From Phycisphaeraceae bacterium (lineage in GTDB: Bacteria; Planctomycetota; Phycisphaerae; Phycisphaerales; Zrk34), in the NCBI GenBank assembly GCA_040905565.1, contig JBBDRF010000006.1:21498-39047 (forward strand): a stretch of 17,550 nucleotides of DNA, in the 5' to 3' direction. Every line of letters begins with the position of its first letter. Positions within the stretch are counted from its first letter, which is position 1. Of this stretch, positions 1-7,571 are shown in pieces. The notes under the pieces were generated by a model. It did no database searches, had not been told where the DNA came from, and saw nothing but the letters and a program-made list of their open reading frames with translations. The translations under genes and the position numbers were made by a program.

Positions 1-66
<66 letters not shown>

Positions 67-70
67 TGCG

Positions 71-1414
71 CTAGTCGTTATCTTTCCCACCCGCGCGGCC
101 CGCTTCGCCGCTGCGAATCAGCGCCAGCCTCAGACCGATCGGGCCCAGCAGTTCGTGGATTACGATCATGCCGATCAGCATGCTCGTCAGCTCCAGGCCC
201 CACGCCAGGTCCTCGAAGTTCCGCCCGATCAGCGCCACCAGCACCAGCGATACCCCCGCCTGCGGGATGAGTCCCAGCCACAGGTATTTCACCCAGTCGC
301 CTTCCATGCGGGCTGCGCGTGCGCCCAGCGTCACCCCCGCCCACACCGCCACCGTCCGCAGCAGCACCAGCCCGACCGAGACGTACCAAAGCGTCGCGAA
401 CACCGCCAGGTCAACCTTCGCGCCCGCCACCGCAAAGAACAGGCAGTACACCGGCAAACTCATCTGCTCGATCGTGTGAAACAACGGCTGCGAATGCCGA
501 GGCCAAAGGTTCTGCATCAACAGCCCAGCCGACAGCGCCATCAGCAACGGCTCAAGGTGCCCTTCGTACGCGCCGATCGCGAACGCCTGCTCGCCCAGCA
601 GCGCGAAAAACATGCAGCAGCCCACGACAAAAATCACCAGGTGAACCTGCACCTTCTCCACGTACCACGCCATCGCCACACCGATGATCGCACCAATCGC
701 AATCGACCCCAGCAGCTGCCCCGCCACCACCAATAGGAAGCCGCCCGTGATCGCCGTGTCTTCATCCAGTATCCCCCGGCCGACCGCCATCGCCGTCGCG
801 AACAGCACGATCAACACCAGGTCCTTCACCACCGCAAACGCCAGCAGCGTCTGCGTCATCCCGCCACTCGAACGCATATCGCTGACCATCGCGATGATGA
901 CCGCTGGGCTGTTGGAGATCATCACCACCGCTGCAAGGATCGCGATGATGATCACCGCCGTCGTCGGTTCATCCTGCATGAACGGAATCCACGGTGCCGC
1001 CAGCACCATCACCGTGATCGCCGCCGCCAACGTGAAAAGCGTATCCACCACAAGCAGAATCGAAAGCTGCGCCGCCCGCTGCCGCAGCCAGCCGAGTTTG
1101 ATCTCCCCGCCGGCCGTCAGCGCGATCAGCGCAATCGCCAGATCGCTTGCGAACTGAAGCCGGGGCAACACATTCAAAGCCACCAGTGCCGCAATCGAAG
1201 GCCCCAGCACAATCCCCGCCACCAGATACCCGCTAATCTTCGGCAGCGCGATGCGGTCAAACAGTCGCCCCGTCAGCCACGCCGCCAGCATCAACAGCCC
1301 CACCGCCAGGATGCTGCCGCCGCCCACGCCCGCCCCAGGCAGCCCATCCCGACGCAAAAACGTCACAATCGTCGCCACCGCCAGAAGCATAATCAGACTC
1401 AGCAGAACCCTCAC
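71..1414 (-). CDS. Cation:proton antiporter, CPA (Na+/H+ exchanger, KefB/NapA-like) family, 447 aa
   Basis: About 13 hydrophobic segments. Family-type motifs LPKISGYLVAGIVLGP, LIALTAGGEI, SNSPAVIIAM (TM4 break), AVVKDLVLI (TM5 Asp) and GLIPQAGVSL (TM11 break). The GTG start overlaps the upstream stop (GTGA at 1411-1414). Confidence 0.9.
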   Translation of the reverse strand: MRVLLSLIMLLAVATIVTFLRRDGLPGAGVGGGSILAVGLLMLAAWLTGRLFDRIALPKISGYLVAGIVLGPSIAALVALNVLPRLQFASDLAIALIALTAGGEIKLGWLRQRAAQLSILLVVDTLFTLAAAITVMVLAAPWIPFMQDEPTTAVIIIAILAAVVMISNSPAVIIAMVSDMRSSGGMTQTLLAFAVVKDLVLIVLFATAMAVGRGILDEDTAITGGFLLVVAGQLLGSIAIGAIIGVAMAWYVEKVQVHLVIFVVGCCMFFALLGEQAFAIGAYEGHLEPLLMALSAGLLMQNLWPRHSQPLFHTIEQMSLPVYCLFFAVAGAKVDLAVFATLWYVSVGLVLLRTVAVWAGVTLGARAARMEGDWVKYLWLGLIPQAGVSLVLVALIGRNFEDLAWGLELTSMLIGMIVIHELLGPIGLRLALIRSGEAGRAGGKDND

Positions 1415-2652
1415 GGCGAACCCTCCGGATCGGCCCGCTCTTCCGCCGCTCGCCGACGATACTGGCCCAGCATCGCCGCGATATCACTGAACAGCCCCAC
1501 CAGAATCACGATCATCAGCAGTTGCCCGCCGTTGATGAATTCGCCCGGCATCGTCTGCCCCGTCGCCGCATAACCCGTCGCCAGTGCGATCGCCAACGGC
1601 GTCTGCCGAAGCGGGCCCAGCATGCCCGGCACAAACCGCGTCTGCCCCGGCGTCGCGCGCCGAAGCTGCCGACTCGCCCAACCAAGTTTCAACAGCATCC
1701 GCACCGAAATCACCGCCGCCACCACCGCCCACCCCGTCGCCCCCAGCATCGGCTCGGCAAGAATCCCCGCCACCAGCATCAGCGCCATCGCGATCGGCTG
1801 CTCCGCTTCGATGATCACCTTCTGAAACTTTTGCATCGACTGCCCAGGCATGTTCACAATCACCACGCCCGTCAGCAGGGCCACGAACATCGGCGCGTAC
1901 CCCAGCGCCGCCGCCGCACCCGCCGTGAACGAAACCAGCCCCAACAGCACCACCAGAAACTCAGGCTCGCTCCGCCCCGCCACACCAATCAGCCACAACC
2001 CCAGCAGTCCCATCGTCACCGCGATCAGCACCGAAGTCGCCAGCCCCATCCCAAGCATCGGCACCACATCCGTCGCCGTCAGCGCCTGCTCGGTCAGCTT
2101 CACAGCCAACCCGTAAACGCACACCGCAAAGATCGTCGAAACCCCCGCCGCCCCACGCAGCAGCGCCAGCAACGGCTGATCGTTCGTCTCCACCCGCCGA
2201 AGCGAACGCACCTCCGCCGACCACCCCATCGCACACGCACCCAAAATCGTCGCCTGCACCCCCACCGCCCACCACGAAACCGTCGGCACCAACAGCCACA
2301 TCGCACCCGCCGCCGTCGCACCGATCACCGCCAGACTCAGCAACCCATCCTTCACCGCAAGCGACGTCGTGCCCGCCGGCAACATGCTCGGCAGCCGCCG
2401 ATCCGCCTGCAACCCCACCATCAAACCAATCCACGCCAGACAAAACAAAATCAACGGCTGAATCACCATCAACTCGTTCGGCTCAAGCAGACCCACACCC
2501 CGCGGACCAATCAACAGCCCAATGCCAATCATCACCCAACCGCCCGTCAGCAGCACCGCCCCCCAACGCGTCCGCCGTACCGCCCAAAGATGACGACTCG
2601 CCCCAAGCAAGGCGATCGCCACAAGAATGATCACGCCAATCAAAATGCGCAT
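1411..2652 (-). CDS. Second, divergent CPA-family cation:proton antiporter-like membrane protein, 413 aa
   Basis: Polytopic membrane protein with IGLLIGPRGVGLL, LAWIGLMVGLQ, APMFVALLTGVVIVN and a C-terminal architecture parallel to the downstream antiporter. It is translationally coupled to that gene. Confidence 0.8.
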   Translation of the reverse strand: MRILIGVIILVAIALLGASRHLWAVRRTRWGAVLLTGGWVMIGIGLLIGPRGVGLLEPNELMVIQPLILFCLAWIGLMVGLQADRRLPSMLPAGTTSLAVKDGLLSLAVIGATAAGAMWLLVPTVSWWAVGVQATILGACAMGWSAEVRSLRRVETNDQPLLALLRGAAGVSTIFAVCVYGLAVKLTEQALTATDVVPMLGMGLATSVLIAVTMGLLGLWLIGVAGRSEPEFLVVLLGLVSFTAGAAAALGYAPMFVALLTGVVIVNMPGQSMQKFQKVIIEAEQPIAMALMLVAGILAEPMLGATGWAVVAAVISVRMLLKLGWASRQLRRATPGQTRFVPGMLGPLRQTPLAIALATGYAATGQTMPGEFINGGQLLMIVILVGLFSDIAAMLGQYRRRAAEERADPEGSP

Positions 2653-2713
2653 CGGCTATCCAGCCCGACCGTCTCAGCTCAAGCTCAAACGACCGCAGCG
2701 ACCACTCCAAAAG

Positions 2714-3064
2714 TTAATGGCGGATCCCACGAAACTGCTCAACAGGCAACGTAAAGCAAACCGCAGAATTAGGCTTCTCCAGCGCCCCCACGATCTCCTC
2801 AACCAGCTCAAACACCGAATCCACCAGCGACTCAGGCATCACCGAAAGAATCAACCGACTCCCCGTCGACTCGGGAAACAGACTCGCCAACCCCGCAAAC
2901 ACAGGCATCGCCTCACGCACAATCTGCCCCATCCCACGCGATTCCACGATCGTCGCGCCACGCACCCCAAGGTCCAGAAATCCCGTAAGAATTTCGTCCA
3001 CCAGTTGCGGCTCATCCAGGATGATCAAAAACAGCTTGTAAGGCTCCGCCTCAGCTTCAGACAT
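2714..3064 (-). CDS. PII-like (GlnB superfamily) signal transduction protein, 116 aa
   Basis: Start re-called to the ATG at 3064 (MSEAEAEPYKLFLIIL), which overlaps the EIIA stop (ATGTCTGA). PII-fold pattern: KLFLIILDE, GVRGATIVESRGMG, ILSV, C-terminal FTLPVEQFRGIR. Confidence 0.8.
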   Translation of the reverse strand: MSEAEAEPYKLFLIILDEPQLVDEILTGFLDLGVRGATIVESRGMGQIVREAMPVFAGLASLFPESTGSRLILSVMPESLVDSVFELVEEIVGALEKPNSAVCFTLPVEQFRGIRH

Positions 3065-3521
3065 GACGTTTGTCCTCCGCCACCAGCCGCTCGTAAAGCA
3101 CCGCCGCCGACCCCGACTCCCGAAGCCGATCCAGCGCACCTGGCGTATGGCAGATCCGTGCGATCCGCGCCAGCAGCCGAATATGCTCCCACGGCGCGTC
3201 CTTCGGCCCAACCAGCATGAAAATCAAATCCACAGGCCCACCACGCTGCGCCTTGAAATCCACGCCTCCCCGCACGCTCGCCACGAACACCATGTTCTGC
3301 TCAACCCCCTCAAGCAGCGCATGGGGCAGCGCCACCCCCTCAGGCATCGCCGTCGCGCCCTTCGCCTCACGCTCAAGCAGCGCTTCGTAAAGTTGCTCCG
3401 GATCGATGCTCGTTTCCGCAGCCGCCGCCTGCTCGCTCAGCCGCTTGAGCACCGCATCGCGGGAATCCGGGCGCTCCAGCAAATAAGCCCGACCCTCAGT
3501 GATATAGTCACGCAATTTCAT
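3057..3521 (-). CDS. PTS EIIA domain protein (fructose/mannitol/nitrogen EIIA family, PtsN-like), 154 aa
   Basis: LLEREAKGATAMPEGVALPHA matches the EIIA_2 signature with phosphoacceptor His67. Also GVDF...GGPVDLIFMLVGP and HIRLLARIAR. SD-like GAGGA lies upstream of the ATG. Confidence 0.9.
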   Translation of the reverse strand: MKLRDYITEGRAYLLERPDSRDAVLKRLSEQAAAAETSIDPEQLYEALLEREAKGATAMPEGVALPHALLEGVEQNMVFVASVRGGVDFKAQRGGPVDLIFMLVGPKDAPWEHIRLLARIARICHTPGALDRLRESGSAAVLYERLVAEDKRHV

Positions 3522-3607
3522 GTGCGGTCCTCGACAGCACGGATAATCTCAGCCATCTCCAGCCGCCCATCATAACCGCCACCACTTGACCAACGCGAAC
3601 CACCCCG

Positions 3608-3631
3608 TTAGCGGCCGATCACAGATCGCCA
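3608..3631 (+). repeat. Copy 1 of a dispersed palindromic repeat (consensus approx. TTAGCGGGCGATCGCAGATCGCCA)
   Basis: TTAGCGGCCGATCACAGATCGCCA is 21/24 identical to the reverse complement of 10775-10798. Confidence 0.65.
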
Positions 3632-3859
3632 AGGAAACACCCACGCGCACGGCCTGCACCTTCCCTCTCCCACACCATCAAACATCACAAATGCCCCACC
3701 CCACTCTGGACGCTGCATTTCGAGACCGTTAGCATAACGTGCAATCTTTCCGTAGGTGCCGCCCCCAGGCGATTGAGGCCACAACGCTTACTGTCGGCTC
3801 ATCCCGCCCCAAGGCCGCCCGCGCGACCGCATCGACAACGCTTTTGAGAAAGGACGCTG

Positions 3860-5038
3860 ATGACCAGACCGGACCATAACGGGCATGTCGATGTCGAGTT
3901 CAGCGTGCCCTTTACACACCGACTTCGCTTCACGCGTGACGTGCTCAACGAGGACGCCGATGTGCTGCTGGACCTGCTCTCCGCTTCCGCCCAGAGCCCG
4001 CCGCGCGTGCAATTCTGGGTCGATCAGCACGTCGCCGATGCCCAGCCACAGATCGCCGCACGCCTGCGTAAACTCGCCAGCGACCATAGCGATCGCATCC
4101 AGATGGCCGGCAACGTCCAGTTCGTGCCAGGCGGCGAAGCGGTCAAAAACGACATCCATATCCTCGAACGCATGCTCAAGGTCTTCAACGCCGCCGACCT
4201 CGATCGTCGCTCCTACGTCGTCGTCATCGGTGGGGGGGCCGTCCTCGATGCCGTCGGCTTCTGCGCCGCCATCGCGCACCGCGGCATCCGCCTCGTCCGC
4301 CTCCCAACTACCACCCTCGCGCAGGGCGATTCGGGCATCGGCGTCAAAAATGCCGCCAACCTCTTTAATAAGAAAAACTGGATCGGCGCCTTCGCCGTGC
4401 CCTGGGGCGTTGTGAACGATGCCGCCCTCCTGACCACCCTTCCCGACCGCGACTTCGTCTGCGGCTTCAGCGAATCCGTCAAAGTCTCACTGCTCAAGGA
4501 TGCCGAGTTCTTCAGCCGCATCTGCCGCGACGCTAACCTCGTACGCCAGCGCGACATGGAAGCCGCTCAGCCCATCATCGCCGAAACCGCACGCTGGCAC
4601 CTTCAGCACATCACACGCGGCGGCGACCCCTTCGAAGCCCTCGAAGCACGCCCACTCGATTACGGCCACTGGTCCGCCCATAAACTCGAGACCATGACCA
4701 ACTTCGAAGTCAGTCACGGTGAAGCCGTCGCCATCGGCGTCGCCGTCGACACCGTCTATTCTTCCATGGTCCACGGCCTGCCCACCCACGAAGCCGACCG
4801 CGTCCTCCAATGCCTCCTCGACATGGGCATGCCCCTCCACCACCCCACCCTGAATGAGACCGAAACCCTCTTCCAGGGCCTCGAAGAGTTCCGCCAGCAC
4901 CTCGGCGGCCGCCTCACGGTCACCATGCTCCGCGACGTCGGCGACCCCATCAACGTCCACGAAATCGACCGCCCCGCCATGCTCAAAGCCATCGCACACG
5001 TCGCCGACTTCGCCGCGCAGTCCTCAAAATCAGCATGA
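3860..5038 (+). CDS. eboD: 3-dehydroquinate synthase-like sugar phosphate cyclase, EboD-type, 392 aa
   Basis: NAD-binding [27 protein letters not shown], and metal ligands in [16 protein letters not shown] and SHGEAVAIG. The N-terminal [22 protein letters not shown] and [12 protein letters not shown] segments are typical of the EboD subfamily rather than AroB. SD AAGGA upstream. Confidence 0.8.
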   Translation: MTRPDHNGHVDVEFSVPFTHRLRFTRDVLNEDADVLLDLLSASAQSPPRVQFWVDQHVADAQPQIAARLRKLASDHSDRIQMAGNVQFVPGGEAVKNDIHILERMLKVFNAADLDRRSYVVVIGGGAVLDAVGFCAAIAHRGIRLVRLPTTTLAQGDSGIGVKNAANLFNKKNWIGAFAVPWGVVNDAALLTTLPDRDFVCGFSESVKVSLLKDAEFFSRICRDANLVRQRDMEAAQPIIAETARWHLQHITRGGDPFEALEARPLDYGHWSAHKLETMTNFEVSHGEAVAIGVAVDTVYSSMVHGLPTHEADRVLQCLLDMGMPLHHPTLNETETLFQGLEEFRQHLGGRLTVTMLRDVGDPINVHEIDRPAMLKAIAHVADFAAQSSKSA

Positions 5039-5093
5039 ACCCAACGCGAGCCGCGACCCGCTTCTTTCCTAGGGCACCTCAAACCGCTGACAA

Positions 5094-5120
5094 CGAGCCG
5101 CGACCGTAAGGGAGCGGTCG
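5094..5120. repeat. REP-like palindrome downstream of eboD (CGAGCCGCGACCGTAAGGGAGCGGTCG)
   Basis: Stem CGACCG/CGGTCG (5101-5106 and 5115-5120). Its first 12 nt, CGAGCCGCGACC, are directly repeated at 5047-5058. Confidence 0.55.
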
Positions 5121-5377
5121 TATCCAATATTTAGCGCGCCTACCGCATATCCCATTGCCCCCAACCAACGACACAAACCTAAGTCCCCGACTCTCTTCCT
5201 TCGAACTTAGTAAACCCCAAACCTAGCTCTTGCCCCTCTTCTTTCTTACCTCCTCCCCCTCCGCGCCTCTGTGGTTACACCTCTTTTGCTATACAACTGC
5301 GAGAACACCTAGTTCCCGAAACTATAGAAACGCGAGTTAAGTTTTCAGCTGAAACTAAAGCATAATGTAATCGCCTC

Positions 5378-6406
5378 TCAAACCTGCTGCGCAGCCCTCG
5401 GGATATCGGGCTGCGACTGCTCGGCCATGTGCACGACAATGCGGCCCTTGCCCTGCTGCTTCGCCTCGTACAGCGCCCGGTCCGCCAGGGCCACGAGTTG
5501 ATCGGCACTGGCGGGCCTGCTCAACGACAAACACGCCACGCCAATAGAGATACCGCACGTTTCCCCGGGGTACGCCGCCCGGACGGTCCCCACGAACTGG
5601 TTCATGATTCTCCGGCCGACCTGCTGCCCGACGGTCGGCGTCGTGTGCGGCATAAGCACCACGAACTCGTCGCCGCCGTATCGGCCGGGGACGTCGCACC
5701 GTCGACAGTTGACTGTAAGTACCTTTGCCATCATCTGTAGCAGCCGGTCGCCGTGGATGTGCCCCCGCGAATCGTTGAACTGCTTGAAAGCGTCGAGATC
5801 GATCATCAGACAGGCGAGGTCCGTCCCGTAACGTACTGCCTCTGCGTAAGTTCGCTCAAGCGTCGCTTCGATATGCCGCCGATTCGCCACGCCCGTCAGC
5901 GGGTCCGTCGCCGCCTGTCGCTCAAGCTCGTCGACCGCCTCCTCGAGCTGATGATTTTTGATGCGAAGCTCTTCGAGCGTCTGCTCCAACTCCTGATGCA
6001 ACCTCATGTTCTGAAGCTTCATCTGCCAGATCGCCAGGTTCTTCTCCACGACCAGCGGGATGCTGAACAGGTAATCGCCCGCCTTAACGACGTAATCGTA
6101 TGCCCCCTTGCGAATGGCCTGATTGGCCTTCTCCAGTGCCCCTTCGCTGGTGACCATGACGATCGGTATGTCCATGCGAACACTGAGCATAGCGTCGATC
6201 AGCTCCAGCCCGGACCCGTCGGGAAGGTTCAAATCGCTGAGGACCAGGTCGAACTCCGAGAGGTCCTGCCGCATCGCTTCGCCGGCTGAGTTGACATGTG
6301 TGACGCGATCGACGCCGAAGTGATTGGCCAGCGTGACGCGCACCAGCGCGGCAGTGTCCATGTCGTCCTCAACCAACAGCACCTGCGGCGCAACATGTTC
6401 GCTCAT
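5378..6406 (-). CDS. Response-regulator diguanylate cyclase (REC-coiled coil-GGDEF, WspR-like), 342 aa
   Basis: REC domain: LLVEDD, DLVLSDLNLPDGSG, VMVT, GAYDYVVK. Heptad linker, then TDPLTGVANRR, MIDLDAFKQFNDSRGHIHGD, active site RYGGDEF with RxxD I-site (RRCD), and ADRALYEAKQQGK. Confidence 0.95.
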   Translation of the reverse strand: MSEHVAPQVLLVEDDMDTAALVRVTLANHFGVDRVTHVNSAGEAMRQDLSEFDLVLSDLNLPDGSGLELIDAMLSVRMDIPIVMVTSEGALEKANQAIRKGAYDYVVKAGDYLFSIPLVVEKNLAIWQMKLQNMRLHQELEQTLEELRIKNHQLEEAVDELERQAATDPLTGVANRRHIEATLERTYAEAVRYGTDLACLMIDLDAFKQFNDSRGHIHGDRLLQMMAKVLTVNCRRCDVPGRYGGDEFVVLMPHTTPTVGQQVGRRIMNQFVGTVRAAYPGETCGISIGVACLSLSRPASADQLVALADRALYEAKQQGKGRIVVHMAEQSQPDIPRAAQQV

Positions 6407-6651
6407 CTCAATGATATCCTGTTTCGGCGTCAGTAATGATCAACAACGGCATCATTGAGCTGATTAACGCATGATTAGAAAGCGTTACATTACAAGTCAT
6501 TAGTCGTCGAAATTTTTGGTTACGGCGCGTGAACCACGCGTTGCGGGGGATTGATGGGGCAAGCATTTCACCTTCTCCAGAGACCTTCGGGTATGTCCTG
6601 TCATCGTCGGGATCCGAGCTCGGCTTAACGCCGGGCCGTCCGATGCGGCGC

Positions 6652-6685
6652 AAAAAAAACGCCCACAGCGGAGGCCGTGGGCGTT
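6652..6685 (-). terminator. Rho-independent terminator of the OmpA-like gene
   Basis: Minus strand AACGCCCACGGC-CTCC-GCTGTGGGCGTT followed by a T run (A8 on the plus strand at 6652-6659), 30 nt after the stop codon. Confidence 0.85.
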
Positions 6686-6715
6686 CGAAATTTTTGCGGT
6701 GCGAGCGGCGGAGCG

Positions 6716-7354
6716 TCAGGCGTCGGGGGTCATGACGACGACGATTTCGACGCGCCGACTCTCGGCTTTGGTCCCGCGTGGCTTGGCTTCACCGAAGCCT
6801 GCGGAGTACATCCGATCGGTGGGGATGCCACGCTTGGCGAGGTGGCGCTGGACGGACATGGCGCGGTGGGCGCTGAGTTCGAGGTTATCCGTCCACTTGC
6901 TCTGGCGGATGGGGTCGGTGTCGGTGTAGCCTTCAACGCGGACGCTTCGGCCGTCGTATTCGGACTGGAGCACGTCGGCGATCTGGTTGAGGGTGCTCTC
7001 GGCACCGGAGCGGACGGCGACCTTGCCGGCATCGAAGAGGATGTCGCCGGGGACGCGAACGGCGATGTAGCCGGCGCCGGCTTCGACGCTGACGCCGTCG
7101 ATATCAGAAAACCCGCTATTGGCGGCGTTTTCCTGAGCCTCGGCGACCTGCTCGACGAGGCGGGCGCGGTCCGACTCGGCCCCCTCGAGCGCCATGCGTG
7201 TATTGGAGAGTTCGTCGCGCAGCTCCTGATTCTCAGCGTACAGGGCGTCGCGTTCAGTTTTGAGATGGTCCTGACAACCGACACCCACCATGGCCACGGT
7301 CACCAAAGCGGCGTACATGGCGAACTTCTTACCCAGCCTGATCCCTCTGAGCAT
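6716..7354 (-). CDS. OmpA/MotB C-terminal (peptidoglycan-binding) domain lipoprotein, about 212 aa
   Basis: Start re-called to the ATG at 7354 (SD-like AAGGGA). Signal peptide with lipobox VGVG-C, a coiled coil, then GDILFDAGK, VEGYTDTDP, NLELSAHRA and SRRVEIVV. Confidence 0.88.
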   Translation of the reverse strand: MLRGIRLGKKFAMYAALVTVAMVGVGCQDHLKTERDALYAENQELRDELSNTRMALEGAESDRARLVEQVAEAQENAANSGFSDIDGVSVEAGAGYIAVRVPGDILFDAGKVAVRSGAESTLNQIADVLQSEYDGRSVRVEGYTDTDPIRQSKWTDNLELSAHRAMSVQRHLAKRGIPTDRMYSAGFGEAKPRGTKAESRRVEIVVVMTPDA

Positions 7355-7465
7355 GATCCAATCCCTTTCGAGGCGCTCTGCTTTCAATCCATTGACACGG
7401 CCCCTTCCCACGAGCGCCCATAATACTGCAAGGGAGGTGAGACGCCAGTGTTTTCCGGAAGAACC

Positions 7466-7482
7466 CACGGCGATACGCCGTG
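7466..7482. repeat. Short palindrome CACGGCG-ATA-CGCCGTG in the ompA-like/lptD divergent region
   Basis: Perfect 7-bp stem. It resembles the stem of the terminator at 6661-6682 (CCCAC-GC...GCCGTG-GC). Confidence 0.45.
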
Positions 7483-7508
7483 AGCTTCAGCGCGGGGAGG
7501 CGTTGTGT

Positions 7509-7536
7509 TTGCTGATCGTGGGCGTCGATCTATAAT
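7509..7536 (+). promoter_or_regulatory. Putative sigma70-type promoter of lptD
   Basis: TTGCTG-N16-TATAAT (perfect -10 at 7531-7536), 35 nt upstream of the ATG. Confidence 0.5.
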
Positions 7537-7571
7537 CGGCTCCCACCGTTCGACACGATTGGGGCCCCTTC

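Noticed and set aside
155..3575. Long plus-strand ORFs (155-736, 1522-2754, 2627-3220, 3063-3575) and other His/Arg/Gln/Pro-rich ORFs in the track
   Set aside because: They are antisense or alternate-frame by-products of real genes under strong compositional skew, with low-complexity translations and no domain motifs.
3607..3631. GTTAGCG start of repeat copy 1 as an integron attC core site
   Set aside because: The other copies lack GTT, there is no RYYYAAC partner at attC spacing, and no integrase is present.
5352..5382. GCATAATGTA resembles the XerC arm and spacer of a dif site
   Set aside because: No XerD arm (TTATGTTAAAT-like) follows, and the skew polarity here is opposite to that expected at a terminus.
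6565..6600. CCGAAGG and CTCTGGAGA on the minus strand recall a glycine riboswitch
   Set aside because: The motifs are in the wrong arrangement, the CTCTCAGG element is missing, and the downstream gene is unrelated to glycine. No c-di-GMP riboswitch pattern was seen either.
6408..6653. 81-aa minus-strand ORF ending just before the diguanylate cyclase start (possible leader peptide)
   Set aside because: It begins inside the terminator T-tract with a TTG start, has no SD, has atypical codon usage and crosses a probable promoter region.
5121..6715. oriC call for the AT-rich intergenic regions at the skew switch
   Set aside because: No clustered TTATCCACA-type DnaA boxes (best is TGTGGTTAC, 2 mismatches) and no dnaA/dnaN/parAB genes nearby. 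Kept only as a hypothesis under the skew finding.
7392..7424. TTGACA...CATAAT plus-strand promoter
   Set aside because: The 21-bp spacer is too long for sigma70.
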